From Candidatus Brevefilum sp. (GTDB taxonomy: Bacteria; Chloroflexota; Anaerolineae; Anaerolineales; Anaerolineaceae): a DNA stretch of 64,000 nucleotides. The position numbers and the translations under genes are program-made. This document shows positions 35,909 through 45,835 of this stretch, one piece after another. Positions within the stretch are counted from its first letter, which is position 1. Every line of letters starts with the position of its first letter. The stretch is taken from the NCBI GenBank assembly GCA_029210815.1, contig JARGGB010000002.1, forward strand, positions 8,450 to 72,449, written 5' to 3'. The notes under the pieces were generated by a model. That model was not told the origin of the DNA. It searched no databases and saw nothing but the letters and a program-made list of their open reading frames with translations.

Positions 35909-36680
35909 TAATCAAATCTTGCTGGGGGCAGCACAGGCAGGGATAACATTGGTTGCAGCTTTGTTGGTGGTGGCTGTAACAATGCGATTAAAACTGGGGT
36001 TAAAGAAGGATATCCTGGTTGGCTTGGGACGAGGGCTGGTGCAGATTGTGGCGGTGGGCTTTCTGCTAACTTTGATCTTCAGTGCAGACCTGTGGATATC
36101 AATACCGATTATCCTGGTGATGATCGTCACTGCGGGCTTTATAACGGTGCAGCGTATCAAATCCATCCCCAATGCCCTGTGGATATCCCTGGCAGGGATC
36201 AGCGCTGGTGCCGGGTCTGTGATCCTCGTTATGACAATCCTGGGAGTCATTAAGCAGGACCTCACTTCAATTATCCCCATCGGCAGCATGATGGTGTATG
36301 GTGCAATGAACGCCAATGCATTATTGCTTGAACGTTTTCATTCGGAACTGGCGTCCCATGCAGGGCAGGTTGAGGCTGGGTTGGCTTTGGGTGCGCCCCC
36401 AGAGCAGGTGGTCGCCCCTTACGCCCGCCGGGCGGTCACAGCAGCCATGATCCCACGCATCAATGGCTTGCAGTCTTTAGGGATTGTTTGGATTCCAGGG
36501 GCAATGTCTGGGATGCTTCTGTCCGGAGAAAACCCAGCCTATGCAGGGTTCTATCAATTTGTTGTTTCCGGGTCGATCTTTGTGACCGTCGGTATTACCG
36601 TTCTTATATCGATTGTCCTGGTTCGAAAGCAGGTTTTCTCAAAAGCAGAACAATTATTGATCCGGGCAGAGGAGAACTGA
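35889..36680 (+). CDS. ABC permease, FetB/YbbM (UPF0014)-like
   Basis: RGLVQIVAVG, IIPIGSM, VEAGLALGA, IPG.MSGMLLSG. Confidence 0.85.
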   Translation: MLSQWIDNQILLGAAQAGITLVAALLVVAVTMRLKLGLKKDILVGLGRGLVQIVAVGFLLTLIFSADLWISIPIILVMIVTAGFITVQRIKSIPNALWISLAGISAGAGSVILVMTILGVIKQDLTSIIPIGSMMVYGAMNANALLLERFHSELASHAGQVEAGLALGAPPEQVVAPYARRAVTAAMIPRINGLQSLGIVWIPGAMSGMLLSGENPAYAGFYQFVVSGSIFVTVGITVLISIVLVRKQVFSKAEQLLIRAEEN

Positions 36681-36705
36681 TTAATTTTTGAAGTGCAAAA
36701 AGAAA

Positions 36706-38472
36706 TTAGAGGGGCCACAACCAGGGAACCATGAAGATGGCGATCAGGAATATCAGCACCGTCAAAATGGAGCCAACCTTGATGAAATCGAAGAAGCGAT
36801 AATTTCCAGCGCCGTAGACGATCAATGCCGCGGGTTCCAGCGGGGTGATGAAGGAACAGCTGGCACCGACAGCGATCATAACGGCGAATGTACGGGGGTT
36901 TAATCCCAGTTGAGAGGCTGTTTGGAGCGCAATTGGGATGATCACGACTGCTGCTGCCTGGTTGGACATGGGTTGGGTTAATGCCAGGGATAAGAAAAAG
37001 AATGCTGATAGGAGCCACATTGGGTGAGCTGCCCCGACAAGCTTGACAATTTGATCTGCCAATAATGCTGCCAGACCTGAAATTTCCATCGCCTGCCCCA
37101 GGGCTAACATACTGGCGATCAGAAACCACACATTCCAGTTGACCTGTTGATACGCGCCAACGGGTGAGATACAGCGGGTGAGAAAGGCTATCAGGACACC
37201 CAGCATGACAGCAACTGGCAGCGAAAGCACATTAAAAGATACCAGCAAAACAACACCTAAAAATATCGCCAGGGCTATCGGCGCTCTTTTTGTTTCAGGC
37301 ATGATATCAAGTTTAGCAGAGACGACTCTGAAATTATTGTTGTTGCTTAATCCCTGGATTGTCGCGGGATCGCCCTGAATTAATAATTGGTCGCCAACTT
37401 TTAGCCGTGTTCGGCTGATACGTTGGTGAATCGTTTCGCCTTTTCGATTGATCCCCAATACTTGCAAGCCTAAACGCTGTCGAAAGCTCAGCCCCCATAA
37501 AGTGCGCCCGATCAAGGGCGATCCTGGCAAAACGATGACCTCTGCCAGCGATAATTCTTGTGAGACATCCTTTTTGTCTTTGAATTCACCGGTGAATTTG
37601 ATGGTGTCTTGTTCTTGCATGGCAACCAGGTCGTCCCGATCGCCTTCGACTAATACTTTGTCGCCCTTTTGCAGCACTGTATTTCCTCTTGGAGATACAT
37701 GATAACCAGGTTCCTTTAAAATTCGCAGGACAGTCAAATCATATTCATGACCAAGACCGATTTCGCTCAGGGTCTTGCCTTTCCAGGCGGAATCCTCTGT
37801 GATTTTAAATTCAGAACAATAAGGGAGGATTTTTTCTGTTAGACCGACTTCTTCCTCGTCCCTGGCTGGGACAAGGTGACGCCCAATAAAAAACATATAC
37901 AAAAGCCCAACAATGACGATTGGGATCCCAATTGGTGTTAGTTCAAACATACCCAGCGGTTTCATGCCATAATCAGTCAGTAAACCGCTGACAACCACGT
38001 TGGTTGAGGTGCCAACCAGGGTTAACGAACTGGCTAAAATGGTCGCAAAAGCCAGGGACATCAATAATTTTGAAGGGTGGATTTTGTAGCGTCGTGCCAG
38101 GCCGATGGTCATAGGTGTGAAGAAAGCAGATGTAGCGGTATTAGAGATAAAACCGCTTAACAAGGCTGCAGTCCCCATGATGACCCAATAGAGCTGATTT
38201 TTGTTATTGCCGACACGCCGCAATATTTGCCGAGAAATAATTTGGACAACACCCGTACGCACCAGGGCGCCAGTCAGGATCAATAATCCCAAAATCATGA
38301 TGGCTGTATCGCTGCCAAACCCTGAAAAGGCAATGTCAGCCGGGACAATGCCCGTCAGGATCAAAGCCATCATAACGCCTAATGCGACAACATCTGCCTG
38401 GATGATGTCAATTGAAAACATGATAAGGGCAGCCAGGATTAAAATCAGCAGGATTATCATATGCAGGGTCAT
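36706..38472 (-). CDS. SLC13/CitMHS permease with two TrkA-C domains
   Basis: LSGFISNT, GTSTN, PMSNQA, SCSFITP; soluble central domains. Confidence 0.9.
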   Translation of the reverse strand: MTLHMIILLILILAALIMFSIDIIQADVVALGVMMALILTGIVPADIAFSGFGSDTAIMILGLLILTGALVRTGVVQIISRQILRRVGNNKNQLYWVIMGTAALLSGFISNTATSAFFTPMTIGLARRYKIHPSKLLMSLAFATILASSLTLVGTSTNVVVSGLLTDYGMKPLGMFELTPIGIPIVIVGLLYMFFIGRHLVPARDEEEVGLTEKILPYCSEFKITEDSAWKGKTLSEIGLGHEYDLTVLRILKEPGYHVSPRGNTVLQKGDKVLVEGDRDDLVAMQEQDTIKFTGEFKDKKDVSQELSLAEVIVLPGSPLIGRTLWGLSFRQRLGLQVLGINRKGETIHQRISRTRLKVGDQLLIQGDPATIQGLSNNNNFRVVSAKLDIMPETKRAPIALAIFLGVVLLVSFNVLSLPVAVMLGVLIAFLTRCISPVGAYQQVNWNVWFLIASMLALGQAMEISGLAALLADQIVKLVGAAHPMWLLSAFFFLSLALTQPMSNQAAAVVIIPIALQTASQLGLNPRTFAVMIAVGASCSFITPLEPAALIVYGAGNYRFFDFIKVGSILTVLIFLIAIFMVPWLWPL

Positions 38473-38641
38473 TAGGCGCCTTTGTTTGGATGGTTTTTAA
38501 CAATATAAATTATACGATATAAATTATCTGGCACTTCCCTCTTGCATTAACAATTTTAAGATTGGTATATTGATATGGATAAACGAGTTCAGTTTCTGCA
38601 TTTAAGAATTTTTAATCTCCTTGAAGTATAATCGGGTCACG

Positions 38642-40501
38642 ATGACTGAAGAAGTGAATACTGAAACAAAAAAGAATATTCCCCTCCAATTAATCTTAGC
38701 CCTGCCATTGAGCCTGCTCATTTTTCTGATATTGTTATTTGCAGCGCTTGCAGGTTTTGAGCTTAACTATGCAGATCGAATTTTTCCTGGTGTTTATGTG
38801 CACCAGCAGGATTTATCTGGAATGACCCTTGACGAAGCCAGCGAGCACCTGGCAGCTGCGTTCCCCTATACTTACCAGGGTGAATTGCGCTTATCTTACG
38901 AAGACCAGGTTTGGGAAGCCCAGCCGATTGATCTTGGCTATTTGATTGACCCCAAGGCCAGTGCGCAGCAAGCTTATGATGTTGGAAGAGGGAAATGGTT
39001 GACTCAAGACTGGATTGACCGCGGTAAGGCCTGGTTTACGGGCGTACACCTTTCGCCTATCGCCTTTTTTGACCAGAGAGCGGCGTTATCTTACTTGCAA
39101 AATATTGCCGAAGCCATTGATCTGTCCGTTCGTGAAGCATCCCTGGACTTACAAAACTCAGAGGTGATTGTTGAGCCAGGGCAGGTCGGCTTGACGCTGG
39201 ATATTTTGAACACCCTTGCTGCCATCACGCCTAAGCTAACAAACATGGAAAGCGGTGAGACTTCACTCATCGTTGATTCCTTTGAACCTGAAATATTGGA
39301 CGTTGGTCCCCAGGCTGAATTGGCAAGAGAAATGCTCAGCGAGAGCCTGGTGCTGGTGGCGCCAATGAATGCAGAACGGGAGGAAACCTGGGAGATCACA
39401 CCAGATGCACTGGCTGATATGCTGATCATCAACCGTGTAAAAGATGGTGAGGACGGCGATGTCGAATTTCAGATTGCCCTCAATGAAAACCTGTTCCGAA
39501 TTTATCTCGACAGTTTGAAGCCCGGGTTGCACATTAACCCTGTTAATGCCCGTTTTATCTTTAATGACGAGACACGGGCTTTAGAAGTGATTGAACCTGC
39601 CATTATTGGACGTGATCTTGATGTGGACGCGAGCATTGCCAGTATTGGCGAGACCTTAAAATCAGGAGAACACAAAGTCGCTTTGCAATTTGAGGCATTA
39701 GACCCCGAAGTAACGGATGAGACACCGGGTGAAGACCTGGGAATTATCGAGCTGGTTGAAGAACGTACGACTTATTTTTATGGGTCAGATGCTGCCAGGA
39801 TACAAAACATCAAAACTGCCTCTGCAGAATTCCATGGGCTGCTGGTAGCGCCTGGTGCAACATTTTCAATGGCGAATGCCCTCGGCAATATCAGCCTGGA
39901 GAATGGCTATGCAGAAGCGCTGATCATATACGGCGGGCAAACAATCCAGGGTGTGGGCGGCGGCGTGTGCCAGGTAAGCACAACCCTTTTCAGGGCGGCG
40001 TTTTTTGCAGGCTTTCCAATTGTTGAGCGCCATCCCCATGCCTATCGGGTTGGATATTACGAGATGGAATACGGTGGTCGCAGGGATTCTAACTGGGCAG
40101 GTTTTGACGCCACTGTTTATGTCCCCATTGTGGACTTTAAGTTTACCAACGACACCGGTCACTGGCTGTTGATGGAAACTTATGTGACAGGTAATAATGC
40201 ATTGACCTGGAAGTTTTATTCGACGGATGATGGGCGTAGTGTGGATTGGCGCACGACGGGTCCGACGAGTATTGTTGAGGCACCTGAGCCGCTTTATCGC
40301 GAAAACCCCGATCTCGAAAAGGGTGAAATCAAGCAGGTGGACTACGAAGCGGATGGCGCGGACATCAACATCACCCGGACTGTGTATAAAGATGATAAAG
40401 TACATTTTGCCGACTCTTTTTTCACTCGTTTTCGCCCCTGGCAGGCGATTTATGAATATGGACCGGGGACAGAAGGCATTCCAGAGCAGGAAAATGATTA
40501 A
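38642..40501 (+). CDS. VanW-domain protein with peptidoglycan-binding repeats (YoaR-like)
   Basis: N-terminal TM; GGGVCQVSTTLFRA, ERHPH, DATV..P..DFKF.N. Confidence 0.88.
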   Translation: MTEEVNTETKKNIPLQLILALPLSLLIFLILLFAALAGFELNYADRIFPGVYVHQQDLSGMTLDEASEHLAAAFPYTYQGELRLSYEDQVWEAQPIDLGYLIDPKASAQQAYDVGRGKWLTQDWIDRGKAWFTGVHLSPIAFFDQRAALSYLQNIAEAIDLSVREASLDLQNSEVIVEPGQVGLTLDILNTLAAITPKLTNMESGETSLIVDSFEPEILDVGPQAELAREMLSESLVLVAPMNAEREETWEITPDALADMLIINRVKDGEDGDVEFQIALNENLFRIYLDSLKPGLHINPVNARFIFNDETRALEVIEPAIIGRDLDVDASIASIGETLKSGEHKVALQFEALDPEVTDETPGEDLGIIELVEERTTYFYGSDAARIQNIKTASAEFHGLLVAPGATFSMANALGNISLENGYAEALIIYGGQTIQGVGGGVCQVSTTLFRAAFFAGFPIVERHPHAYRVGYYEMEYGGRRDSNWAGFDATVYVPIVDFKFTNDTGHWLLMETYVTGNNALTWKFYSTDDGRSVDWRTTGPTSIVEAPEPLYRENPDLEKGEIKQVDYEADGADINITRTVYKDDKVHFADSFFTRFRPWQAIYEYGPGTEGIPEQEND

Positions 40502-40615
40502 ACTTGTCGTTTTATGTACGACGCGCTAAAATCCTAAAATACTTAAAACTGTAAAGTTTGAAATAAAGGTTCGTTTACTACTAAAAATACTTTTGCAAGA
40601 ATAATTGGAGGATCG

Positions 40616-40837
40616 ATGGTGGATAGAGAATTACTGGATATGCTTCGTTGCCCGAACTGCGTTCAGGAAAAAGAAGGCTTATTAGAAGAATACAAAGACA
40701 CCTGGCTGATTTGCCAGGATTGCAATCGAAAATATCCGATAGTTGAGGATATTCCGGTGATGTTGATTGATGAAGGCGATAAGTGGATTGACACCGCTAA
40801 AGAAGATCTACCGGTACCACCGCCCCCTTTAACCTGA
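40616..40837 (+). CDS. Trm112-like (UPF0434) protein
   Basis: LLDMLRCP..LIC..C.RKYPIVEDIPVML; GGAGG RBS. Confidence 0.88.
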   Translation: MVDRELLDMLRCPNCVQEKEGLLEEYKDTWLICQDCNRKYPIVEDIPVMLIDEGDKWIDTAKEDLPVPPPPLT

Positions 40838-41187
40838 TTTTCTATTCATTACTAAATGCCCAGCTGCAGTTCTGTATTTAATCAATTGCAGGGCTTTTTC
40901 AATTTTTTTTGGGTTTTACGTACAAATCAAAGGTTAGCCTTTGCTTAAATCAATTCAAAATTACTTGATCCCAGGTTTTGCCGTCTTCACCTGGGGTTTT
41001 GTTGTTTAAATTGCTGTCATCAAAACAAATTCCATTGAGGCTTGTCAAAATCAAATGCTTGATCTTTTCATATTGACTTTGAATCTGAAATTCGGGGATC
41101 GCTACCCTGCTGTGGTTTGGCGGAAAAATAACCTTTACCGGTACGATCACTATCGATCTAATTATAGCTTTCTGAAATTATCTCTTT

Positions 41188-41337
41188 ATGACCATGTTAC
41201 CTAATGCTGACCAGATATTGGTGATCAATGAGGGGGAATTGATTGAGCGTGGTAAACACGAGGCATTGCTGGAGGAAAAAGGATTTTATTACAAGCTTTA
41301 CACAAGCCAATTTAAAGGCCTTTCAATTGAAGTATAA
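41188..41337 (+). pseudogene. 3' remnant of an ABCB/MsbA-type ABC exporter
   Basis: Hand translation: MTMLPNADQILVINEGELIERGKHEALLEEKGFYYKLYTSQFKGLSIEV*; no upstream Walker motifs seen. Confidence 0.8.
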
Positions 41338-41365
41338 AGGGGGGGAAAAATTAAATTGACCAAAC

Positions 41366-41392
41366 AAAAAACCCGGGATTCCCGGGCTTTCT
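41366..41392. terminator. Probably bidirectional terminator
   Basis: AAAAAA-CCCGGG-ATT-CCCGGG-CTTTCT between convergent frames. Confidence 0.65.
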
Positions 41393-41410
41393 TAATGTAA
41401 ACAATTGTTT

Positions 41411-42283
41411 TCAGGGCAATTTGGGCATCTGATCAAGTGGCGCAAATACGACTCCGACCAGTCCCTGCCCGGTGTGGGCACCTAAAACAGGCGAGATTGA
41501 GCACTCTTGCAGCCATTTACAGGAGAAAAGTTTATCCATTTCCTGGCGAAGCTGTATTGCCCCTTCAGGGTTATTTGCATGGGCAATTTGTGCTCGTAAA
41601 GTTGTACCATGCGGAATTCGATTTGCAATATAAGTTGGAATAGCCTGAACCGCCCGCTTGAAAGTCCTTGCTTTGCCGCGATCATAATATTTGCCGTCAG
41701 CCTTATCCACCCCGATTAAGGGTTTGATCCCTAAAAGCGATGCGAGCAAGCCTTTGAGGTGGCTGATGCGGCCGCCATGGATCAGGTAGGACAAATTGGG
41801 CAAGGTAAAAACGACTTCGGAGGCTTCCCTGACTTTTGTGAGAAGTTCAAGAATCTTATCAACAGGCCAGCCTGCTTGAACAGCTTTGATGGCTGCTTCC
41901 AGCTGCCATCCCATTTCAACAGACAGGGAGCGGGTATCTACCAGAGTAATATTTGCACCTTTGAATTGTTCTACTGCTGTTCTGGCTGAATTATAGGTGC
42001 CGCTCAAACCTGAAGAGATGTGAATGGAGAGGATGTCAGGATCTTTTTCTGCAACTTTCTCGTAAATTTCGAGAAATTCACCTGGTGATGGTGTTGAAGT
42101 AATCGGCATATCACCGGTTTTCTTGAGCAGTGTGTAAAATTCTTCTGACTGGATGTCAATGCTGCTGCGGTAACTGACGCCGCTCAATGTAATTTTCAAG
42201 GGGAGGGCATGAAACTTAAAATCACCTTTTTGTTGCGGAGAAAGGTCAAAACCGCTGTCTGTCACAATTTGCATTTGAAACAC
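41411..42283 (-). CDS. DegV family fatty-acid-binding protein
   Basis: IVTDS, TSTPSPG, ISSGLSGTYNSA, L..GGRI, HTG.G.VG. Confidence 0.93.
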   Translation of the reverse strand: MFQMQIVTDSGFDLSPQQKGDFKFHALPLKITLSGVSYRSSIDIQSEEFYTLLKKTGDMPITSTPSPGEFLEIYEKVAEKDPDILSIHISSGLSGTYNSARTAVEQFKGANITLVDTRSLSVEMGWQLEAAIKAVQAGWPVDKILELLTKVREASEVVFTLPNLSYLIHGGRISHLKGLLASLLGIKPLIGVDKADGKYYDRGKARTFKRAVQAIPTYIANRIPHGTTLRAQIAHANNPEGAIQLRQEMDKLFSCKWLQECSISPVLGAHTGQGLVGVVFAPLDQMPKLP

Positions 42284-42402
42284 TCCTTATCCGAAAAAAT
42301 AATGACATCCTTCTGACAAAGGAATAAAAAAATTATACTTGAGAAGGATACAAAGTATACCCAATTGGGGGTAATTTGTGTCAAGCTTGATTAATTAAAT
42401 AT

Positions 42403-42439
42403 AAAAACCCGCTGGGGACTGACGCACCAACGGGTTTTT
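42403..42439. terminator. Terminator downstream of the SIMPL genes
   Basis: AAAAACCCGCTGG...CCAACGGGTTTTT. Confidence 0.65.
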
Positions 42440-42464
42440 GGTTGAGTATTCAGTTATTTGTTTG

Positions 42465-43190
42465 TCAATCAATATCATAGGTGAAGTTTGCTGTCACCTG
42501 TATGGTTAAAGTGCCGCTTGAAACGGGCACCTCACCAGCACCCATAGCCGCTTCTTCGACGGCAAAATCATAACGGGGCATCATGCCGCCATTCTGATTG
42601 ATGCCAATGCTGCGGATTTTTCCTAATTTGACGCCTGCGGCATCAGCAATGGCTTCTGCCTGTGATTTTGCATCCTCAATTGCCAGTTTTCGGGCTTCCT
42701 CTACCGCTGCTTCTCGATCTTCAACGTCGAAGCTGATCCCGTGAATGGTGTTTGCCCCCTCAGCGACCATGGTCGAGAGCACTTCACCCAGGGAGTCCAG
42801 GTCTCTCACGACGACTGCGACTGTGTTTTCAACAACATAGCTCGTTGTCGGTTCTTCCTCTCCCTCAAAAGGTCGAGGTTCTTGCTGCTGGTAAATGTTA
42901 AAGTTTCGGGTCTGGATATCCTTTTGCTCAACGCCCATCCCAATCAACTTTTGGATGATATTCTCAGCAATTTCAGAATTCTCATGAAATGCTTCGATGA
43001 TTTCGGGGGATTGAGAGCGAACGCCTATGTTGACGTGGGCGATATCCGGTTTTATTTTGACCTTTCCAGTACCCGTAGCGTTGATAGTTCGAAGTGTATC
43101 ATTACTTGCATTAGTGACGGTACCTGCACAACCGGTAATGAAAGCGGCAATTGTAACAAAAAGTAAAAGGGTTAAGAGTGTTTTCTTCAT
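42465..43190 (-). CDS. SIMPL (DUF541) domain lipoprotein, copy 2
   Basis: Lipobox ITGC; ATGTGKV..PDIA, EARKLAIEDAK.QA..IA. Confidence 0.88.
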   Translation of the reverse strand: MKKTLLTLLLFVTIAAFITGCAGTVTNASNDTLRTINATGTGKVKIKPDIAHVNIGVRSQSPEIIEAFHENSEIAENIIQKLIGMGVEQKDIQTRNFNIYQQQEPRPFEGEEEPTTSYVVENTVAVVVRDLDSLGEVLSTMVAEGANTIHGISFDVEDREAAVEEARKLAIEDAKSQAEAIADAAGVKLGKIRSIGINQNGGMMPRYDFAVEEAAMGAGEVPVSSGTLTIQVTANFTYDID

Positions 43191-43283
43191 AAATATCCTC
43201 CTTACAAATATTTATTAATCGTTGGTTTTTGCGAGAGGCTGAGTGATCAGCCTCTCGCGTTGTCAGGAGTGGGGGATAATTTT

Positions 43284-43988
43284 CTACTTGATCGAGTAGG
43301 TCAGGCTGGCTTCCATGGTAATGGACAGGGTGCCAGCAGCGATCGGGACAGCAGCTTCTGAATATGCGCCGCCTTTAGCATCGTAATAGATGGTGGGCGT
43401 ACTGCCGCTGTAAACGCTGATGCTGATTATTTCACCAAGCTCAACGCCTGATTCTTCAGCGATATCCTGTGCCTTTGCCTTGGCATCTTCAATCGCCAGC
43501 TTGCGAGCTTCCGCAACAGCAGCTTCACGATCTTCAACATCGAAGTTGATACCGTAAATATTGTTTGCACCTGCTTCGACCACGGCTGTGAGCACTGCAC
43601 CCAGGCTGGTCAGATCGCGAACGGTTACATTGACGGTGTTTTCTACCACAAAATAACGTCCTTCAACCTGCCCCGTCATGGGGTCATAGCGATCTGAGGG
43701 ATAAACATTGAAGTTCGATGTTTGGATATCGTCTTCTTCAATGCCCAATTCTTGCAAAGCCCGTGAAATCCTGCTAGCCTGGGCTGTATTTGTGTCCAGT
43801 GCATCCGTCACGTTTTCTGCTTCTGATCGCACACCGATATTGATGGCAGCGATGTCCGGTACAACAGTCACCCTGCCGGTGCCGCTGACGCCCATCGTTC
43901 GTTCTTTTTCCGGGGCAGTGGGGCTGCAAGCAGCCAGCAGTCCGATGACAATCATGCTGATCATGATAAGGCTAAATTTTTTATTCAT
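43284..43988 (-). CDS. SIMPL (DUF541) domain lipoprotein, copy 1
   Basis: Lipobox LAAC; SGTGRV..PDIA, EARKLAIEDAKAKA. Confidence 0.88.
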   Translation of the reverse strand: MNKKFSLIMISMIVIGLLAACSPTAPEKERTMGVSGTGRVTVVPDIAAINIGVRSEAENVTDALDTNTAQASRISRALQELGIEEDDIQTSNFNVYPSDRYDPMTGQVEGRYFVVENTVNVTVRDLTSLGAVLTAVVEAGANNIYGINFDVEDREAAVAEARKLAIEDAKAKAQDIAEESGVELGEIISISVYSGSTPTIYYDAKGGAYSEAAVPIAAGTLSITMEASLTYSIK

Positions 43989-44154
43989 CTTTGTGATCCT
44001 CCAATAATAAGGTTTTTAATATTTTTTATGCTTTCACTCAATAGACGCATAGTGCGGCTAAAAAGTTCCAAAAACTCGATTTTTTTGAGACACTTATTGA
44101 AATTCGGTTATTCAGGCATGAGATGACATAAAAGTATAGAATAGAGTGTCAGCA

Positions 44155-44170
44155 TGTGATGAATGTCACA
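44155..44170. promoter_or_regulatory. Candidate CRP/FNR-family binding site
   Basis: TGTGA-TGAATG-TCACA, a perfect TGTGA-N6-TCACA, in the divergent SIMPL/gdhA region. Confidence 0.5.
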
Positions 44171-44401
44171 CGAGAAGGCATCAACATTCTATTGACGAGT
44201 TTCAGATTCTCAATTATTGTTAAGCTATCAAGACAATTGTGGAGCGGGCATGTTCTTCATTCAGGGACAACTGAGCGAGAACAGATGCGGGGATTGGACC
44301 GAGATGCCCGCTTATTTTTATTTAATCCTGCAATCCACAGAATTGGGTATAACTTGAAAATGTTTTATTAACCTCACCAAACCATATTAATAGGAGAGAC
44401 T

Positions 44402-45688
44402 ATGTCAGAAACAACAAATGCATTTGCAATGGCTCAACAGCAATTCGATCATGTTGCGGATCTGTTGGGCCTTGATCAACAGGTGCGCGAGATGCTGCGG
44501 TGGCCGATGCGAGAATTCCATCTGCGAATCCCAGTCCGTATGGATGACGGCAGCATCCGTGTTTTCCAGGGTTTTCGTGTACAGCATAACGATGCGCGTG
44601 GACCGAATAAGGGCGGATTGCGTTTTCACCCGGCGGAAACCATTGATACAGTACGCGCCCTGGCGATGTGGATGACCTGGAAGTGCGCTGTCGCGGATAT
44701 CCCCCTGGGCGGTGGTAAGGGCGGTGTCGTCCTTGACCCGGCAACACTGTCTGTAGACGAAAAAGAACGCTTATGCCGAGCCTTTGTTCGCAATCTCTGG
44801 CGTGAAGTTGGCCCGCGGCAGGATGTCCCTGCACCTGATGTAGGCACGACCCCCCAGATGATGGGATGGATGATGGACGAATATTCCCGCATTACAGGGC
44901 AATATACCCCTGGTGTGATCACAGGCAAACCTGTTGGCGGCGGTGGTTCCCTTGGGCGAACGGAAGCAACTGGCTTTGGCGTCATTTACACCATCAGGGA
45001 AGCCATGAAGCGTTTGAATATTGACTCGAGCAAGGCAACAGCAGCCATTCAAGGATTTGGCAATGTGGCACAGTACGCAGCCAAAGGTTTCATTGCGCAC
45101 CTGGGCGGTAAAGTGATTTGCGTCAGTTACTGGGATCGCGATGATCGCAAGGCTTATACCGTTAGCAAGGCTGATGGGATCGACCCGGACCTCTTAATGA
45201 GCATCACGGATCAGTACGGTTCAATCAATAAGGATGCAGCCGTAAAAGCCGGCTATGCAATTGAATCTGGTGATGCCTGGATAAGCAAAGAAGTGGATGT
45301 GTTGATCCCGGCTGCCCTTGAGGGACAGATCAATGGCGAAAGCGTTCATCTTATCAACAAGCGTGTAAAGATTTTGGCAGAAGGTGCCAACGGCCCAACC
45401 ACACCTGAAGCAGATGAAGTTCTTAAGGAACGTGGCATCTTTGTGATCCCTGACTTCTTGTGCAATGCTGGTGGTGTGACGACCTCTTACTTTGAAGGCG
45501 TTCAAAATGATATGAACTTCTATTGGACCAAGAAAGAGGTCCTTGAGAAGCTGGATGACAAAATGACGCAGGCTTTTGACGGCGTTTATGAAATGGCACA
45601 ATCTCAGAATGTGTTCATGCGCGATGCTGCCTATATGGTGGCAATTGATCGTGTTGTAAAGGCAATGGAATTGCGCGGCTGGCTCTAA
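44402..45688 (+). CDS. gdhA: Glu/Leu/Phe/Val dehydrogenase (glutamate dehydrogenase)
   Basis: GPNKGGLRF, GGGKGG, DVPAPDV, TGKP, QGFGNV, EGANGP, NAGGV. Confidence 0.93.
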   Translation: MSETTNAFAMAQQQFDHVADLLGLDQQVREMLRWPMREFHLRIPVRMDDGSIRVFQGFRVQHNDARGPNKGGLRFHPAETIDTVRALAMWMTWKCAVADIPLGGGKGGVVLDPATLSVDEKERLCRAFVRNLWREVGPRQDVPAPDVGTTPQMMGWMMDEYSRITGQYTPGVITGKPVGGGGSLGRTEATGFGVIYTIREAMKRLNIDSSKATAAIQGFGNVAQYAAKGFIAHLGGKVICVSYWDRDDRKAYTVSKADGIDPDLLMSITDQYGSINKDAAVKAGYAIESGDAWISKEVDVLIPAALEGQINGESVHLINKRVKILAEGANGPTTPEADEVLKERGIFVIPDFLCNAGGVTTSYFEGVQNDMNFYWTKKEVLEKLDDKMTQAFDGVYEMAQSQNVFMRDAAYMVAIDRVVKAMELRGWL

Positions 45689-45707
45689 AAGCTCGTTTTT
45701 CGGAAGG

Positions 45708-45736
45708 AAAACCCCCGGCAATCGTCGGGGGTTTTT
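45708..45736 (+). terminator. Intrinsic terminator after gdhA
   Basis: AAAACCCCCGGC-AATC-GTCGGGGGTTTTT. Confidence 0.85.
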
Positions 45737-45749
45737 GTTTAATTAATTT

Positions 45750-45780
45750 TTGACAAAATTTTAAAAACATATGCTATAAT
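45750..45780 (+). promoter_or_regulatory. Extended -10 promoter with no downstream + strand gene
   Basis: TTGACA (45750) and TG-C-TATAAT (45772-45780); spacer is 19 nt. Confidence 0.6.
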
Positions 45781-45784
45781 TGTT

Positions 45785-45835
45785 ATGGAGACAGCGTCAG
45801 CAGGATGCCCCCCTCATCCTTGGCGCTGTTTCCAT
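45785..45835 (+). ncRNA. Candidate small RNA hairpin with C-rich loop
   Basis: 15-bp stem plus 6-bp stem, loop CCCCCCT, starting 5 nt after the -10 box. Confidence 0.5.

Noticed and set aside
38642-40501. VanW as evidence of vancomycin resistance
   Set aside because: No vanHAX/vanRS nearby; VanW/YoaR-like proteins are common cell-wall proteins.
44400-45721. Several minus-strand ORFs over gdhA, and similar nested ORFs over priA, dnaN, the GH94 genes and nadE
   Set aside because: Antisense or alternative-frame shadows of well-supported genes.
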